From Calcarisporiella thermophila CBS 279.70 (Eukaryota > Fungi > Calcarisporiellomycota): 64,000 bases of DNA. Location of the stretch: assembly GCF_041956535.1 (NCBI RefSeq), contig NW_027192201.1:734206-798205 (forward strand). Direction: 5' to 3'. Under the pieces are notes generated by a model. The model ran no database searches. It saw nothing but the letters and a program-made list of their open reading frames with translations, and was not told where the DNA came from. Below, in pieces: positions 13,720 through 26,220 of this stretch; within the stretch, counting starts at the first letter, position 1; each line of letters starts with the position of its first letter. A program made the position numbers and the translations under genes.

Positions 13720-15741
13720 CTATGAGTTCGACCACCCGAGCGAGTTTTCTTGCATCACAGGGGCCGAAATTTCTCTGGCTGCAATGCTACTCTTGGCCTT
13801 GGCTGCCTTTCTCTTTCGATACGCGTTGATTAGGAACACCGTCAGGACGGCGTAAGCAATAGTGCCTGCGGCCACGGACACACCGATGATCAAACCTTGG
13901 TTGGTGCTTTGGCCCTGCTCCTGGGGCTTGGCTCCCCTCTGGTCGAACAGGGGAGACATCAGCGAGCTGGAGGCGCTGTCGAGGAGACTCAGGCTTGTCT
14001 GGTCGGACGGGGAGGCCACGGGGTAGTTCGAATCGATAAACTGGCCGAGCTTCACCTCCGGGTTGGTGTAGAGGGTGCTATCGCGGCTAGCCACAACGTC
14101 CTGGAGCTGGGTGACGGAGTCTTTCGGGACGGCAAGATGGGCAAGCACGCCACTCGGCGTGTTGATCTGTCTCCTGCGTCGCTTGGTGTTGGAGCCGTCA
14201 CTGATACTCAGGACCATGATTTTCGAAACGGGGACGCGGAGAGCAAGCGCCAAGTCGTTGGGCAGAAAGCTGACTAACTGGGCGGCAAGGGTGGGGTCTT
14301 GGCACACTTGTGCGTATGGAATAGAGTTGAGACGGATGGTGACGGGGCTGCTTCCCTCGGGCGGGACAGGATTGCCCTCGGGCACAATCACTTCAGGCAA
14401 ATTGGCGGGGGTGGCCGGGGACTTTTCTTTGGTCTGGGTTGAGGAAGCAGTGCTCTTGGGCGTGGAGCTCTGGTGGGTGGGTGAGGAAGTCGTAGTTTGG
14501 AACTGGAGGGTCGTAGGCAGCCAGGGCTCGTAGGAAGTAAGAGGCTCCTCACGATCCTTGGTGGGCTCTGGTTTTTCCGTGGTCTTCGTCTTGGTCGTGG
14601 TCTCCTCCGTGGTGTGGGATGTGGAGGTGGAGCGGCTTGTCGGGGTGCTCTCCTCCTTTTCCGATTTGGAGGGCTCCTCAAGTGAAGTGGTCTTGGTAGG
14701 CGTGCCAATGGGTGGCTCGGATTTGTCGGTGAAGGAGGTCTTGGGCGGAGGGGAAGGCTGTGAAGTTTCCTTGGACGGCTTTTCGCTGGGGAACTTGGTC
14801 GACTGCGGACCATCGCCAGTGGTGGGCTTTGTAGGCTTGGCATCCTCCGAGGTCTTAGGCTGGACGGAGGAGCGACTGCTTCCCTCCCCTGGGGGGAGTG
14901 TGATCGATGGAACCTCCTCTGACTTTTTATTGGTGGGTGTTTTCTCGTTTTGCACCGGCGAGCTCGATGCTGTTTGCGGCTCCTTATTCTGTTTTGGCGG
15001 AGGGGTAGACGCGGGAGGGGGAATGGGATCCTTTGGGCTTTGGGAGGTTTTGTCGGGCAGACGATCGGTAGGGACGTTCCCGGCGGAAGACTTCTTCCCT
15101 TCCTGAGTCTCGGGCAACTTTGAGTTGGGAATTTTGTTGGGGTCGTCTGTCTCCTGTTCTCCAGACTGTACCGGTTCGGTCACCTGCGTGTCTGTGCCCT
15201 TTTCCTGACCGGTCTCCGTCGGCACGTTCTTGGTAGGCACCTGCTCGTTGGGCGTAGTATTCTTGTCCTTGGGCGTAGGATTCTCGTTTGGATCAAATGT
15301 GGGCTGTCGCCCGTCTTGCCCGGGTTGTTTCTCGGCAGTGGGGTCTTGATCCCCCACAGGCTCTTCTTCAGGCACCACTGGGTCGTCTTGATTGGGATTT
15401 TCTTCGGCATCGTTAGGCAGCTGCTGCTTTTGTCCGTTCGCAGGGTTTTTCTGTGTTTCGGGATTCTCACCGTTTGCGGGTGGCTTCTCGGGCGTCTCTA
15501 CACCGCCTGGATTGACCTTGCCAGCTTGTTGCTGCTTCTCATTCTCGGCGGGATTCTTCTCGCCCTTAGGGTCCTTGGGGTCAATTTGCTGATCTTCGGG
15601 CAGCTCATTGCCTTCTGTGACCTTTTTTCCTTTCTCAGCCTGTGGATCTTGCAACTGGGTTCCATCGGGGTTGAGTTTCTTATTAGGATCGGTAGGTTGC
15701 TGTTCCTGATCCTGCTCCTTCTGCTGCTCCTTCTGCTGCTC

Positions 15742-15775
<34 letters not shown>

Positions 15776-16560
15776 TGCTGTTGCTGTTGTTGCTGCTGCT
15801 TGTTGATGCCTTTATTCGGAACATTCGCGTTGGTTTGCTTGTTGTCCTTTTGAGGAACTTTTTCCTCACCAGGGACATGCTTCAACGACTGAGCATTGTC
15901 CGCAGCATTGTTCTTGCCATCATTCACAGTCGGCTCAACCTGCTTCTTCTTCTGCACATTTTTCTCCAGTTCCTTGGGCCCTTCCTTTTTCTTGGGCACC
16001 GGGTTTTCTTTTGCCTTGTCTACTTCTGTCTTCTTCTCGCCCACTTTCTTATTGGCAACGTTATCATTTCCCTTGGCCGGTTTCTTATCCGCATGTTGGT
16101 CCTTTGCGTGCTTCTCTTTGGCCTCAGGGACCTTCTTATGTTGCTTCTGCTTCTGCTGTTGCTGCTGCTGCTGTTCATGTTGCTGCAGCTCCTTCTTGTT
16201 TTGATCCTTGTGGACGTTGTCATTCTTTATCTTCTTCTCCTCCTTGGCTTTCTCTTTCCCAAAGTCCGGCTGCTGCCTTCGTTGCTTATTGTTGTCATTG
16301 TTAATCTAAGGTAGCAAAGGTAGAGAGGTCATTAGTCTATCTGATGGAATGAGTTGGGGGGAGTGAAGCCCTTTTACCTTAAGAGCAGCTTCGACTTTCG
16401 GGATGAATCCGTGGCCAACATCAATCTTCATGTTGATACCACGCTTCTTTAGGGCGCATTCCCCAGGCTTCGCAGCAGATGCGTGGGATGGCAGGCTCGT
16501 GACGGCAAGAAGGCAGGCCACGAGCACCAGACCAAGCGAGCGCCGTTGGAATTTGACCAT
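13720..16560 (-). CDS. MSB2: Signalling mucin, Msb2/Hkr1 family
   Basis: Signal peptide in exon 1 (16378-16560); intron 16306-16377. Q/K/E/P-rich then S/T/P-rich ectodomain, HMH-like domain (AAQLVSFLPNDLALAL...STLYTNP...IDSNYP), one TM segment, and C-terminal ISAPVMQENSLGW typical of Msb2. Confidence 0.82.
15700..15800 (-). repeat. CAG/CAA poly-Gln repeat with QQKE units in the mucin
   Basis: (ctg)n runs on the + strand; a second shorter tract lies at about 16140-16190. Confidence 0.9.
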
Positions 16561-17077
16561 GGTTTTTCGATTGGATTACGAATGTTGCGAACCAGCGCTA
16601 TCGAGTGAATGTGGGGGGTGGCTAAGAATGATGGAGAGCCCTTGGGCTGTTCAACAGGGAGGGATAGAGGGGAGCGGGAAACAAATGGGGAAGGAGAGGA
16701 AAGGGGGATTGGGATTTGGGGGAGGGCAAAGATGCAAAAGCGCTAAAAATAAGTTAAGCCTCCTTGTGCGGATATGAGCAATTTGGGAAAAAAGTCAAAA
16801 ACGGCGATGAATGAGGATGGCAAGGGATGTTATACAACAAGAGGGGGTGCGGGGATGCTAAGATCGAGGAGACTGCAGGCCTGCTGAAGAATCGACGGGG
16901 AGGAAAAGATAAACAAGTTCTGGAAGCAGAAAAAAAGGAAGGCTCTTCCCGTTCGTCTTTACTTGGTATTGTCTCGCTAATAACAAGCAATTCAGCTGTA
17001 TGGTGAAGCACCCGCGAATCAGAAGGTACAATAATAATATATCTCGTACCACCCAATTTTTAGCGTCGCACAGGTTC

Positions 17078-17201
17078 TTAACCCTAACTTCCTGGTCTGG
17101 GAATTCTAATCATCGGACGCGTGACGTCGACACCGCTCTTTCCGGATCTTGGAGGGAGATCCTACGCGACTGCCAACTAAGGTTTACCTGAACAAACGCG
17201 A
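17078..17201. promoter_or_regulatory. Divergent MSB2/kinesin-5 promoter: MCB-like ACGCG(T/A) x3 and a telomere-type TTAACCCTAAC
   Basis: ACGCGT 17117-17122, ACGCGA 17164-17169 and 17196-17201; TTAACCCTAAC 17078-17088. Confidence 0.4.
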
Positions 17202-17309
17202 TCAAGGCGCCGCGGGCCCATTTGAGGATAGAGTGCATCCCCAGCCGCGGATAAAACTATATCCCCCATCCCGCATCCCCTCGTCTTTTAATACATCCAA
17301 ATCCCCTCG

Positions 17310-20300
17310 ATGCCTCCCTCGGCATCCGACACAAAAAACGACAACATTAGGGTTGTCGTCCGTTGCAGGTAATCCGATCTGGCCTTTCTGCGTGTTGAAG
17401 GATGGGCGGTGGATTTTGCTGACCGTTTGGCCGTACCATAGGGGCCGCAATGAGCGAGAAATTCGCGAGAACTCTCCCATCATCATTAGCACCCAAGCGG
17501 TGCGGGGTCGTGAGGTCGTCGTGCGCTCCAACCCAGCCGATATGTCCTCATCAAAAACATACACATTTGATAGCGTGTTTGGGCCGGATGCCGACCAGAG
17601 TGTGATTTTCGATCACGTTGTTGCGCCCATGTTGCAGGAGGTGCCCTACGCTTCGCTACCTCACGCTATGGGTATTCAGTATTCACTTTTTATTTTTTTA
17701 TAGGTTATGAAGGGATACAACTGTACTATTTTCGCCTACGGGCAGACTTCCACGGGCAAAACGTAATTTTTCCCTTCCATTCCAGTTCCATCTATGGCAG
17801 TAGATTGGAAAGTCTTCCGCTGGTCTTTACTGACATCGAATGCATACTGTTGCAGATACACAATGGAGGGGGACCTTGAGATCGTCGATCAGGACCTCAG
17901 TGCCAACTCGGGCATTATACCTCGCGCCCTGCAGACCCTCTTTGCCACCCTGGAGGCTGAGCAGAACGAATTTTCCGTGCGCGTCTCGTGCATCGAGCTC
18001 TACAACGAGGAGCTCAAGGATCTCCTCTCCGTTTACGATGACAAGCGGCTGCAGCTGTTTGAAGACGCTGCGAAAAAGGGCGTACATATCCAAGGCCTTG
18101 AAGAAGTTTGCGTGAACAGCGCACACCACGGCATCAACCTGCTACGCCAGAGTTCGAACAAACGCCGTATTGCCATGACAAAGTGTAACGACAAGTCCAG
18201 CCGCTCCCACACCGTCTTCACCCTCACCACCCACATTAAGGAGTCGACGGCTACCGGAGAAGATTTACTCAAGGTGGGGAAGCTGAACCTAGTGGACTTG
18301 GCCGGGAGCGAAAACATTGGGCGCAGCGGGGCGGAATCCATGCGCGCACGGGAGGCTGGGATGATCAACCAGAGCCTGTTGACCCTGGGGCGGGTCATCA
18401 ACGCGCTGGTCGAGAACTCCCCCCATATACCCTATAGAGAAAGCAAGCTAACTCGCTTGCTCCGGGATTCGCTTGGAGGCAGAACAAAAACATGCATCGT
18501 TGCAACCATCTCCCCAGCGCGTCTGTGCATCGACGAAACCATGAGTACCCTTGATTACGCGAGCCGCGCGAAGAACATTCGGAATATGCCCGAAGTGAAT
18601 CAACGCATGACCACGAAAATGCTGATCAAGGAGTATTTGAAGGAAATCGATCGTTTGCAGGCGGATCTAACGGTAAGTCAGAGAAGGATCCAGCCAAGGA
18701 AGAGAGACGTCCATTTGTCTGGCCCGCGCCCTGTATAGCCTCCCGACTCACCCCCCTCTCCCTCCATTATTCGGTATGTAGGCTGTACGAGAAAAGCACG
18801 GCATCTACCTCTCACAGGACTCGTACCAGCAGCTCATGGAGGAGAACACCTCAAGAAAGCAGCAAGTCGATGAGATGCGCCGCAACACAGAGAGCATCCA
18901 GCACACTCTGCGGCAGACGGAGGAAAAGTTCCAGCACAACATGAAGCTGCTGGTGGACACGCGCGCCGAGCTCTCGGGCGTGAAGCAGCAGCTGCTTGAG
19001 AGTGCTGCCACCCTCAAGTCCGTCCGGACCGAGGCAACTGAAGAGCGCCTATTACGTAAGGTTCACGAGAATAGGGAGCATCGGCTGGAGAAAATGGCAA
19101 CCGAGTTGGCGTCGACGCTTGGCGAAAGTGTAAGAGATACAGAGGGATTACGAGAGAAATTAGGTAAATTGTGTTTTGTCAATAATCGAAAAAGAAGTGT
19201 TGAGCAATGAACCATTGGTGTTGTGCCCCTCTAGATAGGAAAGAGGGAATAGAGACCAATAATCGGCTCGCTTTTGAGGAATTCCGGGAATCGCTGCGCC
19301 ACCATGTTTCACAGGCACACGAAATCCTCAAAAACTTCAATTCGACCATCACCACCCAAACGGCCCGCTTCGAAGACGAACTCACTACATTTCGTCACCT
19401 CCAACGCGAGGCTTTTGAGGACAATCAGCGGCAGCTCCACGAGAATTTGACCCAGTTCACGACGGAATTTGAGCGAGCAAATGGTGTGGCAGGAGACCGG
19501 GCGGCCGCTCGAGTTGAACTTCAGCGTGTGGTGGAGGGATTAGCCATCGAGATGCGAGAAAAGTTCGACAGGCAATATGCTGCCATGCAGCAGTCCACCG
19601 ATGAAAGACTCCGAGAGATGTGCCACGGGTTTCAACAAGGATGGCTTAGGGTAGATAGGCTTTCTACTGAGGAAAACGACGAGTTATTAAATTGAATTTT
19701 CTTTCGATCCAAATAGGTGGAAGAGCAATGTCGGGAGATGAGGGCAACGCTAGGCTCCGTGGTGAAGCAACTGAACGAAGCGTGGACAAGTGAACTGGCG
19801 ATCCTAGAAACTAAACAGTCGGAGCTAGAAACCATTGTTGGCGAGGTGGTGAGTAGGCAGATGGCTTCTGGCCACTCTATACATCCTTCATATTCATGGT
19901 CGAATGTTGCGCTTGCTTGCACAATAGATACCGGATATCGAGAGGCATGGATCCACCCTTTTTGGCAAAGTCGACTCCCACCTCAACGAATCCACTCGGC
20001 TGACTAAGGATTTCCTTCTGCGTATGGAGGACATGGTGAACAATTTCATGGACACACAGCGACGGGATGTGCGTGCCATCACTTCGGAGCTTGAGAGTTC
20101 GCTGAAAGACAGATATACCAAGCTGAAGCATAGTCTAGAGAACAATCGAGATACCACACGAGAAGGGTTGAGGAAGATGGGCCGCCTACTCTCTGTTGCC
20201 GTCGATAACCTAAACCACGTGCAGGCAGGTTCGGATTCAATGATGGATATGCTCTGTGAAGGTCCGAACGAAGTAGACAAGCAGCTGGGGAGCTTGGGCA

Positions 20301-21416
20301 ATAGGCTCTCTGAAGATGCCAGAGCTGATGGCGAAGCATTGCTGAAGGGCTACGGAAAAGTTACAGAGGCGGTGTCACACTGTATGAGTCTTTTTGCACC
20401 CATCTTTACTTTTCTCCCCCCTCCCCCACTAATTTACCACTTGCCGTCTTTGCAGATCTTTCGTCCTCTGCGCGCCTCGACAAGGAGTTTGAGTCGCATC
20501 TTACTCCGATGGCCCAGCATGTCAATCTTTTGTGGGAAAAGAGCCACCAAAAGTCGCAAAACGATCTAAGAAAGGCAGAGGACCTGGTAGACTTGGTGTT
20601 AACTAAGGTTTGTATTGCACATTGAACACGGCATCAAAAAGAGGCTCACATTTTTATTTGGCTTGTCCAGAGCAAGGAAACCACCCAGTGCTGTGAGGAC
20701 ATGGTTGAGCGCGTCTCTGTGAAACTGGGCCCGAAAATTGACAGTGCCGAGGATAGATTGACAAAGCGGCTTAAGGTGGATACTGATGATCCTCTGGGGA
20801 GCAAAGCGGTCAGCAGGACACTAATGGATGCTTTAACTTGTTATAGTTGTATGAAGCTACGGGCGCAACTCCACCTCCCCGCCACTACCCTATTCCAACC
20901 CAGTGGTATCCCCCTCGTCCAAACGCCGAGCTGCTGAGCGAATGGCGTGCCCGTGGCAACGTACATATTCAGCTGTGCGAGGCGGACAAGCAGGAGGTGA
21001 TCACCGCCGACTCTCCCAGTGTCACCAGGGTGGTGGACGATCCGCCGTCCAACAGGAAGGAGCTTGAGGCGGAGCTGGACACGAGAGACGCGAAGCCTAG
21101 TTTAAACAGCGAAGCGGGCGGAGAAGAGGCAGAGGCGGACGCATGTGTAACGGCCAACAAGCGGCACAGTAAACGCAAGGTGGAGGAGGCCACGGAGATG
21201 GATGCCAGAGAACGGGCCGTGGAGGACGCCGACTGCCTCTTCATAAAGGAGGGCGCGGACGCCAAGTCTGTGGCCACCCTGCGTGGCCGAGGAAGAAGAA
21301 AGGAGGCATCCCCGCCCGATCCGGTCCTTCTCCTGGAGGAGAAAGTGGTGGCAGAAGCCAAGGCTGCTGCGGCAAGTCGGCTCCCTGTACGTCGATCCAA
21401 GAGGATACGCGGATGA
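17310..21416 (+). CDS. bimC: Kinesin-5 (BimC/Cut7/KIF11 family), multi-exon
   Basis: NIRVVVRCR, IFAYGQTSTGKT P-loop, SSRSHTVF, LNLVDLAGSENIGRSGA, HIPYRESKLTRLL; coiled-coil stalk; BimC-box-like TGATPPPR. Confidence 0.93.
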
Positions 21417-21903
21417 TGATCCATTCTTTCCCCCCTTCTTCTCAATTAAACTGAATGTGATATAGTCTGATTTTTACCTATTTTCTAATATCTAATGTTA
21501 TTTGTATATTTTTTTTTTACTTTTCCTCTGTTTTCGTTGGTCACTAGATTTTAGTCTCTTTTTTCTTCACGTTCTTGTATATCAACTCAAGTAATTGTAC
21601 CCCCTCCCCCCCCCTTCTTCTGTGATGGTCCTTAATACAGGAAATTTTCACATTGATATATTTATACGATTCAACACTACCGAAAAGAAAACCGAACCAA
21701 AGAAAAAAAAAATAGTGTACACTTTAAATAAGTTGCAGACCCGAGAAATATTTACAAAGTTTTGTAGCAGCAAAAGAGGGGAGGATGGCGTGGAAAAGTA
21801 TATATAGAACGCAAAATAAATATAGTGATTGGAAAGGCTAGAAGAAAAATGCCATTTTTTGTTTTCCAAGAGGTAAACCGGGTTTGCGTAATCACTTGAA
21901 GAT

Positions 21904-22884
21904 TCATGCTGAGGAGATCCTTGAGATCACCGAAGAGTATCTCCGATATCTTCGCCCCTTTAGCGCCGCCACGGCGGGCGAATTTCTGCACGTTTCCTCT
22001 ATCTTGAAATGCCGCATCATGGCATCCGTTCGTGCAAATGCTTTGGAGCAACATGGACATGCATAACTATTGAGGAAAAAAAAAAGAAAGAGCATGATCA
22101 GGATATGGAGCGAGATTGGGGTGAGGAGGGAAAACGCCCAAGCATGATGGAGCCGTCAAGGGGGCCAATGCACGGCCCGGAGCATAGACACTTACGGTTT
22201 GTCGCCCGTGTGAACCCGCATATGCCGCTGTAGGTCGTGCTTCCGGGTGAAGGCCCTCGGACATGTGGAGCAGGCAAATGGGCGGGTGGGCTCGTGAGTG
22301 CGCAGGTGGGCGCGCAGATTATGGTACCGTGTGAATGTCTTTCCGCAGTTGGGGAGCGGGCACTGGACGGGCTCGTTGCGGCGCTGGGACGAGGAGTTGT
22401 TGTTGCGGGTGCGGCGCGGGGTGGGCTGCATGGTGAACTGGGTGAGCATGGGGCAGGGAGCGTCGGGGAGGGCCTGCGGGGAGGGGGCGGACGCCGTGGG
22501 AGGGGGGAACGAGGCGGGGACGGAGGCGGGCGGGTTGGCCTCGTAGGGCTGGAGCGGCGGGGGCGGCTGCTCCGAGAACGGGGTCAGCAGCTGGTCGCAG
22601 CCCAGCGCAAAGGGGTCGCTCGCGGCCGGAAACGGCGGTATCACGTAGCTCTTGTCGCCAAAGGGCGGGAACTTGCCCAGCTTGAGGTCGGAGGACACGT
22701 TGTTGACGAAAGTGGAGATCAAGTGGGGGGAGGGGGACGAGTGGGGCTGGTCCTCGGACAAGGGCGAGTGCGAAACCTCGCCGTCGGTATGATACATCTC
22801 CAGGGCGGGCTCGCCGCCGCAAAACGCCAGCATGTCGGCGAAGGAGGCTGTGTCGGCGATAAACGAGATCTGGGGGGGTTCCAT
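21904..22884 (-). CDS. C2H2 zinc-finger transcription factor (3 fingers, Crz1/Msn2-like)
   Basis: CPLPNCGKTFTRYHNLRAHLRTH, CSTCPRAFTRKHDLQRHMRVHTGDKP, YACPCCSKAFARTDAMMRHF; intron 22067-22195; start codon uncertain. Confidence 0.85.
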
Positions 22885-23837
22885 CGTTTTGTTTTTATTT
22901 CCAACGGTATGGTATAGTGCGTGGTTAATTTTTATATATCGGCGGGGGGGGCAGGACGAGGGGGGGGGGGAGGTGTGGGGGAAGGGAAGGGATGGGATCC
23001 CTTGCGAGAAATCCTGCGCGGATCCCTCCTTAGAGAAGCAGCCCAATGTTTGATGCTCGTTAGGATTTATTGCGCTGGTTTGACCCAAGCGCCCTTTATA
23101 TGGAGCCTCCTCGCAGTGGCTAGCCCAAATCGTCCGAAATCTTTCGGAACAATTAGCACTTGGGGGTCGTAGGTTATATGGTCAAGAAACTTGTTTACTC
23201 ATTCCGGCCGGGGTTGGGCTGACTCGCCTCCGCTCTCCCATTCGACTGGGCGGCCGGGCGATTCATTTGCAGGTGGACTTGCCAAAAAGCTAGGGTTACT
23301 AAACGAACTAAGGGAAATCGCAGCCTCCCTAATCGGGTCCAGGCTGGATGCAAGGACCTGGAGTGGATTGGCTGCTTTCCAGCCGCGCACCGTGGGGCTC
23401 GCGGGAGCGGGCCTCTGGAGGGAAAGACACCGGCGTCCAAATAGGAAAAGAATTTCCCTATGGAATAGAGAGGGAAAAAAAAAAATCGTCCATAATTTCG
23501 GATCGACACACGCTCGGAACTTGCATACATTTCACAATCATTCAAATCTAAAACATTAAGACGAAAACAGATTGCGTATCGCGTTCCAATAGTCGAAAAA
23601 GAAAGGATTCCTTCACGTCTCCCGCCATTTTTTTCCGTGTTTTCATCTTTAGCTCTCTTTCCTTATTCCCCTTCGCCCGACTGCTCTCCAGAGGAGGAAG
23701 GGCGGCTCCTAGCTTGTTTGTTTGCACACCGTCATCTCAGGCATTCCAAGTGATTGTGTCTTCCCTTGCTGTTGTTGTTGCTGAGTATTTCATAGAGAAC
23801 CTAGATACCCTTTTAATTATTTGATGCCCTTGTCAGG

Positions 23838-25437
23838 ATGGTTTCACAATATCAACCCAATGTTTTCATGCTTTTGGCATTTTTCATGGTGGCCCTCCTA
23901 GTCACCCAAGGAAGGGCTGACCACCTCCCCTTCTCCCCCCACCCCCACCGCCTCTGGGAACGAAAGCCTCTCCCCCCTCCCCAGCACGTCCCCGCCCTCG
24001 CCCTCAATAGCCCGGCCGCCCCTCAGGCAGCGGCTCCGGCCCCCGCCCCGGCCCCAGCCCAGGGCTCCGCCCCTGTCACCTACGTGCCTGGCTATCCGGT
24101 CCCTGACAAGGTCCCCCCCACCGATAGCCCGGAGGTGAAGGAGTGGTTGAAGCTGGTCGACTTCTCTAAAGTGCCGAATATCCCCCTCTCTTCGCAGGGC
24201 CAGTGCCCAGCCACGCCGGACCCGAACTCGTGCTGGTGGACGTGTCAAAAGTGCACGCGGTAAGCCTTGGAGCCCTTGCGCACCAGAAGAGATGAGCTCG
24301 ACGATCCTTTTCTAATCCCTTTGTTGCTCTCAGACCCGACGACATCGTCACGTGTCCGAACAAGGGGCAGTGGGGCCTCACCTACGACGATGGCCCCTCC
24401 GTGAACTCGGTGCCCTTGCTCGACTACCTCAAGCAGCAAAACATCAAGGCAACCATGTTCGTGGTGGGATCACGCGTGATCTATAATGGCGATCTCCTGA
24501 GAAGAGAGTATCAAGAAGGACATCACATCGCGTAAGTCACCCAATGCGATCGCACTCGATGGCTGGCAGGACCCTCATCACTTTTTTCCCGCTCACTCAT
24601 TTCATTTCTCCCAACTTAGCGTCCACACATGGTCCCATAGCCCCATGACAAGCTTGACCAACGAACAAATCGGTATGGCTTGTTTTTCTTCTTTCTATCT
24701 CAATTGTCACTATTGGTATTCTAGCAAGAACATGGACTGACTCTTTATTTCTAAACATGCACCCCACCTTAGTCGCCGAAATCAAGGTAGGCCCTCCCTT
24801 CCCCTCCTCTGCACATAGGGGATCGACCCCACACTAATTTCCCCTCCTGCCTTGGGCATTTCCGTAGTGGACCGAAAAGGCAATCAAGGATGCCATCGGC
24901 GTGACCCCCGTCTACTTTCGCCCGCCGTACGGCGACTACGATGATCGCGTGCGAGCCATCGTGCGCCAGCTGGGCTACAAGACCGTGATCTGGACGGAGG
25001 GCTTCGACACCCAGGACTGGCAGCTCGTCAGCAAGCAGATCACCCCCGAGCAGGCCCTCAACAACTTCCGCCAGTGGATCCCGCGCTTCCAGCAGATGGC
25101 CTCTGGATTCATCGTGCTGGAGCACGATCTGTACAAGGAGAGCGTGGAGGTGGCGGTGAACGGGATCCTGCCGCTGGCGAGGCAGTCCCAGATCAACATG
25201 ATGACCATCCCCCAGTGCTTGGGAGACAACGCGCCGTATCGAGAACTGGCGGGGCAGTCGGCCGCGGGGAGTCCGGGAGCAGGGGCGGGGTCGAGCCCAG
25301 CCACCAACCAGACTTCTGATGCCCCGGGCGCGACCGCCGGGTCCAGTATCTTCTCGGCAGCCTCCTCATGGCGAGGGGCCGGTGGCGCGTGGATGCCGCT
25401 CTTCGTGGCATGCGGGCTGAGCTGGTGGTTTTTGTGA
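23838..25437 (+). CDS. CDA: Chitin deacetylase (CE4), secreted and probably GPI-anchored
   Basis: Signal peptide; motifs TYDDGP, HTWSH, FRPPYGD, DTQDW, IVLEHD; S/A/G-rich linker and hydrophobic C-terminal tail; includes a 14-nt micro-exon at 24773-24786. Confidence 0.92.
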
Positions 25438-26220
25438 ACACTCATTTCTGTTGTCACGCCATGATCTTCCATTACCACCCCGTATTGTTACCTCTATTAG
25501 AAAAATCCGTTGTTGTTGTTTTTATTATAACTATCCATATCCCCTCCTCTCTCTCTCCCTCCCCTCGCTCTTCTTCTCGAACGTATCTCTCTCTAGACAC
25601 CAATAGCAAATAATTATTTGAATCGAGTAGAACACTTCGAGTGATCCAAGCCCCTGGGTTGCTCGCCATCCATCCCTCCTTTTCCCGCTACTCAATCCCA
25701 TCCCCTTATCGCCTAGTCTTGGGAGAGAGGGGAAACGGCGGTGACCATTCACCATTTTTCTATTTTGATGCTCGATTCCTCGGTGGATGAGCAAGTTTGG
25801 ATAGAGACGCATCATTTCCAATTCTGAATGAGAAATTTAATAATAACTATTCATTCTTGAGTAAAAATATATATAGAAAATAACGGAAAAAAGCTATACT
25901 GTTGAAAAACAAAAAGAAAAGGTGGGGAAGGGGGAAAAGGGAGGGGGGGAGTATGGGGGTGGAGCGAATCAACAGGAAGCGACTAGAAGGAAGGAGAACA
26001 AAGGGAGAGGGAGGAAATGAGAGAAAAAAAAAAATATATGAAAAAAAATAGACAAGATAAAAAAAGAAAATAAGGGTGTGAAAAGGGGGAAAAAAAATTC
26101 AAAAAAAGGAGGAATAATTAACGTACATAAAGCAGAAAGACGAGAAAGAAAAGGGAAAAAAGAAAAGAAGGTATATAGAGAGGGGGGAGGAGGAGGGAAG
26201 GAAAAGAGGAGATAAACTAT

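Noticed and set aside
15316-16314. 332-aa poly-Leu ORF on the + strand
   Set aside because: Antisense shadow of the poly-Gln/Lys mucin frame.
17078-17088. TAACCCTAAC as a telomerase RNA template
   Set aside because: It lies in a 750-bp divergent promoter with no room or visible pseudoknot; a protein-binding site is more likely.
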